From NCBI GenBank assembly GCA_045612065.1, contig JAZKYH010000022.1, positions 7,615 to 71,614 on the forward strand: a stretch of DNA of 64,000 nucleotides, read 5' to 3'. The position numbers were made by a program, and so were the translations under genes. Every line of letters begins with the position of its first letter. Within the stretch, counting starts at the first letter, position 1. Shown here piece after piece: positions 37,296 to 45,382 of the stretch. Source of the stretch: Bacteroidaceae bacterium (lineage in GTDB: Bacteria > Bacteroidota > Bacteroidia > Bacteroidales > Bacteroidaceae). Below the pieces are notes generated by a model. That model ran no database searches. It saw nothing but the letters and a program-made list of their open reading frames with translations, and had not been told where the DNA came from.

Positions 37296-37802
37296 ATGAT
37301 CCCTATGAAAAGAATGTACCGTCAAGACTGGGTACCGAGCATCTTCAGTGACTTTTTCGACACCAACTGGATGGGACGCACCAAGGCAACAGCTCCAGCC
37401 ATCAACGTCATCGAGAAGAAAGATGAATATAAAGTGCAAGTGGCTGCCCCGGGCATGACCAAGGATGATTTCCGCATCCACCTTGACGAAGCTGGTGACT
37501 TAGTAATCTCTATGGAGAGGTGCTGCAATTGTGACGAAAAGGACGGCAAGGAGTGCAAAGACCAGAAAGGAGAGTGCAAGGAGAAAGAGTGTAAGGACAC
37601 CGAGTGCTGCGACGAAAAAGAGTGCAAGTTCCTACGCAGAGAGTTTTCCTACGCTAAGTTTGAACAAACCCTCGTGCTGCCCGACGATGTAGACAAGGCT
37701 CACATCAAGGCCAAGGTGAAGCATGGCGTACTCCACATCAAGCTTCCCCGTAAAGCAACGGAGGAGAAGCCCCAGATGCAGCAGAACATCACGATTGAGT
37801 AA
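37296..37802 (+). CDS. Hsp20/alpha-crystallin small heat-shock protein with a Cys/Glu/Lys-rich insert
   Basis: 168 aa. ...PAINVIEKKDEYKVQVAAPGMTKDDF... and ...FLRREFSYAKFEQTLVLPDDVDKAHIKAKVKHGVLHIKLPK... form the ACD core. The insert is described in the findings. Confidence 0.9.
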   Translation: MIPMKRMYRQDWVPSIFSDFFDTNWMGRTKATAPAINVIEKKDEYKVQVAAPGMTKDDFRIHLDEAGDLVISMERCCNCDEKDGKECKDQKGECKEKECKDTECCDEKECKFLRREFSYAKFEQTLVLPDDVDKAHIKAKVKHGVLHIKLPRKATEEKPQMQQNITIE

Positions 37803-37918
37803 ACGAACATTGTAGATTCTAAATTTGTGTGCCATGTTGAGCGTAGCGAAATACTCTTCGCTGTATCTTGCGAGATTCTCCACTACGTTTAATATGACAC
37901 ACTTAAACTATATCTCTT

Positions 37919-38443
37919 ATGAAAACAATCCTTCTCTCCCTTACATTCTTAGGACTTTGTACTGCGGCCATAGCCCAAAAGCCTGTAGACAATAGCACCA
38001 TCACAACCTTTGAACTTGACCGATATTTAGGCAAGTGGTATGAGATCGCCCGCTATGACCACTCGTTCGAGCGTAATCTTGTGGGCTGTACCGCTGAATA
38101 CACCTTGCGTGACGACGGCAAGATTAAAGTGCTCAACAGCGGACACCTCAAAACACTTGATGGGCCTTATAAAGAAAGTATCGGCAAAGCTAAAACCAGA
38201 CGAAACGGCAAACCCGGACAATTAGAGGTGAGCTTCTTCGGGCCTTTCTATAACGACTACAACATCCTTGAGCTTGCCCCAGACTATTCCTACTCGGTGG
38301 TGGGCAGCAACACCCCCAAGTATTTGTGGATATTGAGTCGTACTCCCCAACTACCCCAGAAAGTGAAAAGCAACATTCTGAACGACCTACAGCAACGGGG
38401 GTACGATACAGAGAAACTGCTTTGGGTAGAACAAAGGAGATGA
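37919..38443 (+). CDS. blc: bacterial lipocalin (Blc-like)
   Basis: 174 aa. Signal peptide, ...LDRYLGKWYEIARYDHSFER..., and ...LWILSRTPQL.... Confidence 0.9.
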   Translation: MKTILLSLTFLGLCTAAIAQKPVDNSTITTFELDRYLGKWYEIARYDHSFERNLVGCTAEYTLRDDGKIKVLNSGHLKTLDGPYKESIGKAKTRRNGKPGQLEVSFFGPFYNDYNILELAPDYSYSVVGSNTPKYLWILSRTPQLPQKVKSNILNDLQQRGYDTEKLLWVEQRR

Positions 38444-38454
38444 TTCACTCGGGA

Positions 38455-38542
38455 CGCACCTGCGAAAAAGAATTATCACACCTGCGAAAAAGGAAAGTCG
38501 CACTTGCAAAAAAAACCTTTCACACCTGCGAAAAATTATACT
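38455..38542 (+). repeat. 4 x 22 bp tandem array with core C(A/G)CACCTGCGAAAAA
   Basis: cgcacctgcgaaaaagaattat / cacacctgcgaaaaaggaaagt / cgcacttgcaaaaaaaaccttt / cacacctgcgaaaaattatact, in exact 22 bp register. Confidence 0.9.
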
Positions 38543-38609
38543 AACTCATTCTAAAGACAAGACTTCAAAAAGTTCCATCCTTTTCATTTCTTTTTCAAAA
38601 ATCTTTTCC

Positions 38610-38617
38610 TACATTTG
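38610..38617 (+). promoter_or_regulatory. -7 box TACATTTG upstream of the carboxyltransferase gene
   Basis: Exact TAnnTTTG match about 50 nt upstream of the ATG at 38666. Confidence 0.4.
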
Positions 38618-38665
38618 TGGCGACATCTGTCACCATACTTTAAGAATTGAAAACACCAAGAAGCC

Positions 38666-40429
38666 ATGAAGAAGGAGATTAAATTCAGCCTTTTGTACCG
38701 CGACATGTTCCAGTCGTCGGGAAAGTACCAACCTCGTGCCGACCAACTCGCCCGCATTGCTCCCGTCATCGTAGAGATGGGTTGCTTTGCCCGTGTTGAA
38801 ACCAATGGAGGAGCCTTCGAGCAAGTGAACCTGCTCTATGGAGAGAACCCCAACACGGCGGTGCGCACCTTTACCAAGACCTTCAACGATGCGGGCATAC
38901 AGACCCACATGCTTGACCGCGCATTGAATGGCTTGCGCATGTTTCCCGTGCCTGCCGACGTGCGCCGCCTCATGTATAAGGTGAAGAAGGCACAGGGCAC
39001 CGATATCACTCGTATCTTCTGCGGACTCACCGACCCGCGCAACATCATCCCCTCCATCCAGTATGCACTCGAGGCGGGCATGATACCGCAGGCCGCGCTC
39101 TGCATCACCCACTCGCCCGTGCACACCGTGGAGTACTATACCGACTTGGCCGACCAACTCATCGCTGCTGGCGCTACCGAGATTGCTCTCAAGGACATGG
39201 CCGGTATCGGTCGCCCCAAGATGCTGGGCCAACTGGTCAAGAACATCAAGACCCGCCACCCCGAGGTCATCATCCAGTATCATGGCCACTCAGGCCCGGG
39301 CCTCTCCATGGCCTCTATCCTCGAGGTGTGTGAGAATGGTGCCGACATCATTGATACTGCCATCGAACCCCTCTCATGGGGTAAGGTGCATCCGGATATT
39401 ATCTCCGTGCAGGCCATGCTCAAGGACGCAGGCTTCCAGGTACCCGACATCAATATGAACGCCTACATGAAGGCCCGCAGCCTCACACAGGAGTTTATGG
39501 ACGACTTCCTCGGTTACTTCATGGACCCCACCAACAAGCACATGTCATCGCTCCTGCTCAAGTGCGGCCTGCCTGGCGGCATGATGGGTTCGATGATGGC
39601 CGACCTCAAGGGCGTGCATTCGGGCATCAACCTCATCCTCAAGGGACAGGGCAAGGCACCGCTTAGCCTCGACGACCTCGTCATCATGCTCTTCGATGAG
39701 GTAGAGTACGTATGGCCTAAACTGGGTTATCCCCCACTCGTGACCCCCTACAGCCAATATGTAAAGAACATAGCGCTGATGAACCTCATGCAGCTCATCA
39801 AGGGCGAGGAGCGATTCACGATGATTGACAATAATGCGTGGGATATGATACTCGGCAAGTGCGGTCGCCTGCCCGGTAAGTTGGCGCCCGAGATTATAGA
39901 GTTGGCCAAGAGCCAAGGACGCGAGTTCACCGATGCCGACCCGCAGAGCTACTATCCCGATGCTCTCGATACCTACCGCAAGGAGATGAAGGAGCTGGGT
40001 TGGGACACAGGCAAGGACGACGAAGAGCTCTTCGAGTTTGCCATGCACGACCGCCAGTACCGCGACTATCGCTCCGGCGTGGCCAAGCGACGTTTCGAGA
40101 CCGACCTACAGAAGGCCAAGGATGCTGCATTAGGCGGTACGGGCGTCACTCCCGAGCAATTGCAAGCGCTCAAGCACGCCAAGGCCGATGCCATCTGCGC
40201 TCCCGAGAGCGGACAGGTAGTGTGGGAAATCTCCGTCGAAGGGCCTTCATCGGCACCCAATGTGGGCCACAGCTACAAGGCGGGCGAACTCATCTGCCAC
40301 ATCACCACACGCTGGGGACAGATGGAGCCCGTATATGCCGGTTATGCCGGTCGTCTCGCCGAGGTGTGTGCACCGCAAGGAAGCACCGTAAACAAGGGTG
40401 ATGCGGTGGTGTATATCGAAAGAGAATAA
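38666..40429 (+). CDS. oxaloacetate decarboxylase alpha / transcarboxylase 5S-like carboxyltransferase with a C-terminal biotinyl-like domain (divergent)
   Basis: 587 aa. Collinear with the 5S/OadA family as I recall it (ALKDMAG, HGHSGPG, PVHTVEYY, GYPPLVTP.SQ). Deviations are listed in the findings. Confidence 0.8.
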   Translation: MKKEIKFSLLYRDMFQSSGKYQPRADQLARIAPVIVEMGCFARVETNGGAFEQVNLLYGENPNTAVRTFTKTFNDAGIQTHMLDRALNGLRMFPVPADVRRLMYKVKKAQGTDITRIFCGLTDPRNIIPSIQYALEAGMIPQAALCITHSPVHTVEYYTDLADQLIAAGATEIALKDMAGIGRPKMLGQLVKNIKTRHPEVIIQYHGHSGPGLSMASILEVCENGADIIDTAIEPLSWGKVHPDIISVQAMLKDAGFQVPDINMNAYMKARSLTQEFMDDFLGYFMDPTNKHMSSLLLKCGLPGGMMGSMMADLKGVHSGINLILKGQGKAPLSLDDLVIMLFDEVEYVWPKLGYPPLVTPYSQYVKNIALMNLMQLIKGEERFTMIDNNAWDMILGKCGRLPGKLAPEIIELAKSQGREFTDADPQSYYPDALDTYRKEMKELGWDTGKDDEELFEFAMHDRQYRDYRSGVAKRRFETDLQKAKDAALGGTGVTPEQLQALKHAKADAICAPESGQVVWEISVEGPSSAPNVGHSYKAGELICHITTRWGQMEPVYAGYAGRLAEVCAPQGSTVNKGDAVVYIERE

Positions 40430-40454
40430 GATGTCTCATGGTTAGATAAATGGA

Positions 40455-40485
40455 GAGAGCGGGCTGTGTGGCTCGCTCTCTTTTT
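40455..40485 (+). terminator. intrinsic terminator after the carboxyltransferase gene
   Basis: GAGAGCGGGC tgtgtg GCTCGCTCTC followed by TTTTT. Confidence 0.8.
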
Positions 40486-40490
40486 GTGGA

Positions 40491-40816
40491 GTTTGCACTA
40501 ATTTGGTCAGTTTTGCTATCCAAAACGCCCCTGTCATCCTGAGCCTAAGCGAAGGATCTCGCGCTGGGACTTGACGACAGTTTTTCTTCGGTTTGCACTA
40601 ATTTTGGCCTACTTTACATTACAAAAATCGTTCGATTTGCGCTAACTTTAGCCTGCTTCGCAGTCTGAAGATAGGCTTCGCCTCGAAAAAAATCAAATAT
40701 ATTTGTTTTTTCGCTCGGTTTGCACTAATTTTAATCTGCTTCGCAGCTTGAAGATAGGCTGCACCTCGGAAAATCGCAAATAAATTTGCATTTTCTCTCG
40801 GTTTGCACTATCTTTG
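40491..40816 (+). repeat. array of five GTTTGCACTAnnTTTnG promoter-like boxes, including two full 83 bp tandem units
   Basis: Boxes start at 40491, 40591, 40635, 40718 and 40801. Units 40635-40717 and 40718-40800 align over their full length. The last box, TATCTTTG (40809-40816), with TTTG at 40785-40788 (20 nt spacer), is the likely rplY promoter. Confidence 0.85.
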
Positions 40817-40919
40817 CACCCGCTTTTCGTAGGGCACTCGTGAGAGGCTCTTACATCGTGTGATGGCGAATTGAGAGAGAACTTAATTTAGAGTAACACA
40901 TTTTAAAAAGAAAACAAAC

Positions 40920-41495
40920 ATGAAATCATTTGATTTGAAAGGTACTTCAAGAACTGAAGTAGGTAAGAAGAGCACTAACGAGCTCCGTAAGAACAACGGT
41001 ATTCCTTGCATCCTCTACGGAATCGAGAAGGAGGCTAAGGCTTTCGCTGTAACCACTGACGCTGTTCGCAAGCTCGTTTACACTCCCGACATTCACGTTG
41101 TAAACCTCACCATCGACGGTGTTGAGTGCAAGGCTGTATTGAAGGACATTCAGTTCCACCCCGTTAAGGACACCATCCTTCACATGGACTTCCTCCAGAT
41201 TGTAGAGGACAAGGCTATCGTAATGGAGGTTCCCACTATCCTCACAGGTCTCGCAGCTGGTGTTAAGCTTGGTGGTAAGCTCCAGCAGGCTATCCGCAAG
41301 ATCAAGGTGAAGGCTGTATACGCTAACATCCCCGAGAAGTTGACCGTAGACGTAACTGAGCTTGCTCTCGGTAAGTCTATCAAGGTTGGTGACCTCTCAT
41401 TCGAGGGTCTCGAGCTCATTACTCCCGCTCAGACCGTTGTATGTAGCGTAGCTGCTACACGTGCTTCACGTGAGGCTGCTAACGGTAAGAAGTAA
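40920..41495 (+). CDS. rplY: 50S ribosomal protein L25/Ctc
   Basis: 191 aa. ...GIPCILYG...QFHPVKDTILHMDF... and two-domain Ctc length. Confidence 0.93.
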   Translation: MKSFDLKGTSRTEVGKKSTNELRKNNGIPCILYGIEKEAKAFAVTTDAVRKLVYTPDIHVVNLTIDGVECKAVLKDIQFHPVKDTILHMDFLQIVEDKAIVMEVPTILTGLAAGVKLGGKLQQAIRKIKVKAVYANIPEKLTVDVTELALGKSIKVGDLSFEGLELITPAQTVVCSVAATRASREAANGKK

Positions 41496-41515
41496 TTACT
41501 GATTGGCTGAATCTT

Positions 41516-41565
41516 AAGGGTTGAGGGTTGTGGACTGTGTCCCGGCTTTCAACCCTTTTATTTAT
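41516..41565 (+). terminator. loose stem-loop plus T-rich tail between rplY and pth (possible partial terminator)
   Basis: AAGGGTTGA ...24 nt... TCAACCCTT followed by TTATTTAT. Confidence 0.4.
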
Positions 41566-41578
41566 AAATGGATAAGAG

Positions 41579-42139
41579 ATGAAATACTTGATTGTCGGCT
41601 TGGGCAACCCAGGCTATGAGTACGACGGCACACGTCACAACATCGGTTTCCGCGTGGTAGATGCCTTGGCCAAGGATGCGGGTGCCACATGGGAAGACAA
41701 GCGCTATGGTTTCGTGGCCAACATGCGTGTGAAGAATGCTCAGATTGTGCTGCTCAAGCCCACGACTTTTATGAACCTCAGCGGCAATGCCGTGCGCTAC
41801 TGGGTGGAGAAGGAGAACATTGCTCCCGAGAACATGCTCGTGGTGGTCGACGACCTCTCACTGCCCGTGGGTACACTTCGCCTCAGGGCTAAGGGAAGCG
41901 ATGGCGGACACAACGGCCTGAAGCACATCGCCCAGCTCATGGGGCAGAACTATGCCCGCCTGAAGTTTGGCATCGGCAACGACTTTCCCCGCGGTGCGCA
42001 GGCAGACTTTGTGCTGGGCAAGTTCAGCACCGAGGACGAGGCCATCATCGAGAAGCAGCTCCCCACGGCGTGCGACATCGTCAAGAGCTTCTGCCTGGCA
42101 GGTATCACCATTACGATGAATCAGTACAATAAAAAGTGA
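41579..42139 (+). CDS. pth: peptidyl-tRNA hydrolase
   Basis: 186 aa. [24 protein letters not shown]... and ...[10 protein letters not shown].... Confidence 0.95.
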   Translation: MKYLIVGLGNPGYEYDGTRHNIGFRVVDALAKDAGATWEDKRYGFVANMRVKNAQIVLLKPTTFMNLSGNAVRYWVEKENIAPENMLVVVDDLSLPVGTLRLRAKGSDGGHNGLKHIAQLMGQNYARLKFGIGNDFPRGAQADFVLGKFSTEDEAIIEKQLPTACDIVKSFCLAGITITMNQYNKK

Positions 42140-42205
42140 AGAATTAAAAGTGAAGAATGAAGAGCTAGGTTCTGAAATGCATGCACTCTTCACTTTTAAC
42201 TCTTC
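42138..42205 (+). repeat. 22 bp inverted repeat (hairpin) spanning the pth stop and the annotated hslR start
   Basis: GAAGAATTAAAAGTGAAGAATG (42138-42159) versus the reverse complement of CACTCTTCACTTTTAACTCTTC (42184-42205): 20/22 match, with a 24 nt loop. Confidence 0.8.
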
Positions 42206-42647
42206 CCTCTTAACTTCTAAACGCGTGGAAGCAAGAATAGATAAATGGCTATGGGCCGTGCGCCTGTATAAGACCCGCTCAATGGCGACAGATGCCTGCA
42301 AGAAGGGCCAGGTGACAATGAACGGCACCACGATGAAACCCTCAAAGAGCATCAAGGAGGGCGATGTGGTGAGTGTGCGCAAGCCTCCCATCACCTACAC
42401 ATTCCGTGTGCTCAAGGCCATCGAGAGCCGTGTGGGAGCCAAGCTCGTGCCCGAGATGCTCGAGAACATCACCCCGAAGGAGCAGTACGACATCCTTGAA
42501 ATGAGCAAGATAAGCGGCTTTGCCAACCGTATGCGCGGCACGGGCCGCCCCACCAAGAAGGAGCGCCGCGACCTCGACGAGTTCCTTGGCGATGAAAACT
42601 TCGGTGCCGACCTCTTCTTCCTCGATGACGAGGACGATGAGGAGTAG
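42150..42647 (+). CDS. hslR: S4-domain RNA-binding protein (Hsp15/HslR-like); true start probably downstream (ATG 42177 or GTG 42225)
   Basis: S4 motif RIDKWLWAVRLYKTRSMATDACKKGQVTMNG. The first ~25 codons of the tracked ORF lie inside the hairpin repeat. Confidence 0.8.
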   Translation: MKNEELGSEMHALFTFNSSLLTSKRVEARIDKWLWAVRLYKTRSMATDACKKGQVTMNGTTMKPSKSIKEGDVVSVRKPPITYTFRVLKAIESRVGAKLVPEMLENITPKEQYDILEMSKISGFANRMRGTGRPTKKERRDLDEFLGDENFGADLFFLDDEDDEE

Positions 42648-42671
42648 AACTGCTATTTTTATCTATAAACA

Positions 42672-43454
42672 ATGATGAAGAAACCATTGCGCATCATTAT
42701 TCTGCTATTGACGGCAATGATATTGTGGTCGTGCAATGCCGAGTTGCCGGAGGTCCCTTACGACCCGTCAGACTCCACCGCAGTGAAGAAAGTCTCCATC
42801 ATGGGAGACAGTTACTCTACCTATGAGGGATGGTCAAACAGAGACGTAGCAGGCAACCCTAATGACTACTACGTATACTATCCCCACGAAGGCAACACCG
42901 ATGTGACTTCTGTAGAGAAGACCTGGTGGCACATGCTGTGCCAGAAGCCCGAGTTCGAACTTGAGGTATCCAATGCCTACTCCGGCTCCGTCGTTTCCAA
43001 CACGCACTACAATGGAGTGGATGTTGCCGACACCGACCTATCCTTCATGCATCGTGTCGGTAAAAATGCCTACGGAGTCGACTACAACGGCTCCCCCGAC
43101 ATCATCCTCGTCTTTGGCGGCACCAATGATTGCTGGGCAGGCGTAGACTTGGGCGACTATGTGCATCACGACTGGACCGCTGCCGACCTCCGCAGTTTCC
43201 GTCCCGCCTATAGCAGACTCCTTGCAAGCCTGCAGACACTCTATCCGAATGCTACGGTATATTGCATCATCAATGGTGACGGCGGCATCCCTGAAATGAC
43301 CAAGTCCTACGCTAAGTCCATACAGAAGATTTGTAAGCACTATGGCATGACCAGTATCGTTGTGGATGATATCGAGATGACAGACAACCATCCCACCTAC
43401 GCAGGCATGCAGTCAATCTGTGAGCAGGTATACGCTGTACTGAGAGGGAAATGA
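42672..43454 (+). CDS. SGNH/GDSL-family hydrolase lipoprotein
   Basis: 260 aa. Lipobox ...ILWSC, block I ...IMGDSYS..., and block III ...FGGTNDC.... Confidence 0.8.
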   Translation: MMKKPLRIIILLLTAMILWSCNAELPEVPYDPSDSTAVKKVSIMGDSYSTYEGWSNRDVAGNPNDYYVYYPHEGNTDVTSVEKTWWHMLCQKPEFELEVSNAYSGSVVSNTHYNGVDVADTDLSFMHRVGKNAYGVDYNGSPDIILVFGGTNDCWAGVDLGDYVHHDWTAADLRSFRPAYSRLLASLQTLYPNATVYCIINGDGGIPEMTKSYAKSIQKICKHYGMTSIVVDDIEMTDNHPTYAGMQSICEQVYAVLRGK

Positions 43455-43711
43455 ACATACCACCTCACTTTCACGAGGCATTGCAAAAGTAAGGAGAGTA
43501 TCCCAATTGGATGCTCGCCTTGTTTTTTGTATATATTCTATAACCCGATGAACTTCAATCATATTTCCAACTTTTATTTATTAAGATTTGGAATCTTATT
43601 TGCTTTGCACTACCTTTGCCAATGTTCGTATGGGGTGGTTAAATGTTCCCACACCCTATTTATTTTACAAAAGCCGAACCTTAGGGGACAGGGAGGCATA
43701 AGAGAAATATT

Positions 43712-44644
43712 ATGATAAAACAAGTCCTTATAAAAAGATTGGCCGGGTTAACCATTTTAGGAAGCTCTGTACTAATGTCGTGCACGAATCCAAAAGTTTC
43801 TAATCCCGTCAGCGTAAATTCAGATACCACAGCAGCAGAAAACATTGAAGTCAACACCAACTCATTACTTCCAGACACCACAATGGTCATGTATATTGGG
43901 AACGACACCAATTTCCCATTTCTAATTGACAGAGGCAGCCAACCCTATATGACAATCTCTATCAATTTTAAGGGAGGAATAATGGCTTATTGGGGAGATG
44001 AGGAGCACCGGATATACTATTTCGACCGAAGTATTGATGAATTAAAACAAATTATTCTTGATCGTTTTGAATCTGGAGATAAGCCCAAGGAAAATGAACT
44101 ATTTCATGTAGGATTTGACGTTTCTACACCCAAGAATCTGATTTCAGCACTTAAAACCATGCTACAGGAGATAGGCGTTCACCATTGTGAATTGTCGGAG
44201 ATTCACAACATGCTTAATCTTAATGAGTCTAAAACTCCTCCACCACCCCCTCATGCGATAATATGCTCCGACATTACAGAAGACGAAATTAAAGTAGAGG
44301 AGGTTGCTAAAGAAGCTGAAACAGACAAAATATTCTTTACAACAGAACAACAACCTGAGTTCCCAGGAGGCATGACAGAGTTGATGAAACACTTACAGAA
44401 AAGCATCAACTACCCCACCAATTGCAAGAAAGAGGGAATCCAAGGACGTGTCATCGTACAGTTTGTAATCAATAAAGACGGAAGTATTTGCGAAGCCAAT
44501 GTGGTGAAGCCTGTACATCCGCAGCTTGATGCCGAAGCTCTACGAGTTGTCAACGCTATGCCCAACTGGATTCCAGGCAAGCAAAAAGGCGAGCGCGTAC
44601 GAGTACGCTTCACCCTTCCCATTTCTTTCCGTCTGTCAGAATAG
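43712..44644 (+). CDS. lipoprotein with a C-terminal TonB-type domain
   Basis: 310 aa. Lipobox ...VLMSC, a PPPPP linker, and a C-terminal ...PEFPGGMTELMKHLQKSINYP...GIQGRVIVQFVINKDGS... TonB_C signature. Confidence 0.8.
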   Translation: MIKQVLIKRLAGLTILGSSVLMSCTNPKVSNPVSVNSDTTAAENIEVNTNSLLPDTTMVMYIGNDTNFPFLIDRGSQPYMTISINFKGGIMAYWGDEEHRIYYFDRSIDELKQIILDRFESGDKPKENELFHVGFDVSTPKNLISALKTMLQEIGVHHCELSEIHNMLNLNESKTPPPPPHAIICSDITEDEIKVEEVAKEAETDKIFFTTEQQPEFPGGMTELMKHLQKSINYPTNCKKEGIQGRVIVQFVINKDGSICEANVVKPVHPQLDAEALRVVNAMPNWIPGKQKGERVRVRFTLPISFRLSE

Positions 44645-44845
44645 GCATTGCTTTTCCAAGCTGCCATAAATTTGGTCATTCTAAACGGCAATACCAGCCA
44701 GAAAAGATATTCCACACGACGAAGTGGGTCCCAAAGTTCGGATAAAAAACTTTGGGACTCACTTCACTATAACGGAAACTCTTTTTTACACTTCTATCAA
44801 GAGCTGGCACTATTTGATTCTTACCTTACAGAAATGTTTCCTCAG

Positions 44846-44917
44846 TAGCTACTGCGTTGCGCCTCGGTAGCTAGCGAGGCTTATTGCGATAGCTACCGCG
44901 GTGTGGCGCGGTAGCTA
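44846..44917. repeat. four TAGCTA palindromic cores spaced exactly 22 bp apart, embedded in two GC-rich hairpins
   Basis: Cores lie at 44846, 44868, 44890 and 44912. Hairpins are GCCTCG-gtagctag-CGAGGC (44861-44880) and GCTACCGCG-gtgtgg-CGCGGTAGC (44892-44915). Confidence 0.85.
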
Positions 44918-45382
44918 CCGATGAAATTTTCGTTTTATGCCAGAGAAACATTTCCTTACCACCATAAGGACAAGAAGCATGAGACACCACCCCAAAAGGC
45001 CAAGATTAAGACAGAAAACGGCACACCATAATGCATCGCCAAGCCACCCGTTGCTGTAAGATGAATAACTGATTCGACAGCAAGGCATTACATATAAAGA
45101 ATGGAAATTTCGAGTGGTTTCGACAGGAGTATCTACAACACGTTTCATTACAAATGGAGCATAAGGGGACCTCCCTAAAGTCCTTCTTCACATCAAAACC
45201 ATCCTCTACAAAAACTGGACAAAGAGATTCCCACGAACAAAGGAACGTTTTCTCTTCATCCGCAAACTTGCACAAACGAATTTTAGTCGTTAACTTTGGG
45301 GAGAATAACGGGAGAAAGATAGAAATAACCTTTATAGGAATCCATCACACCGGGGCAGCAGAAACTTTCCTTTTTGAGAACG

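Noticed and set aside
38455-40816. The 22 bp and 83 bp tandem repeats, considered as a CRISPR array.
   Set aside because: The repeats are directly adjacent with no unique spacers of comparable length. The units are degenerate and there are no cas genes.
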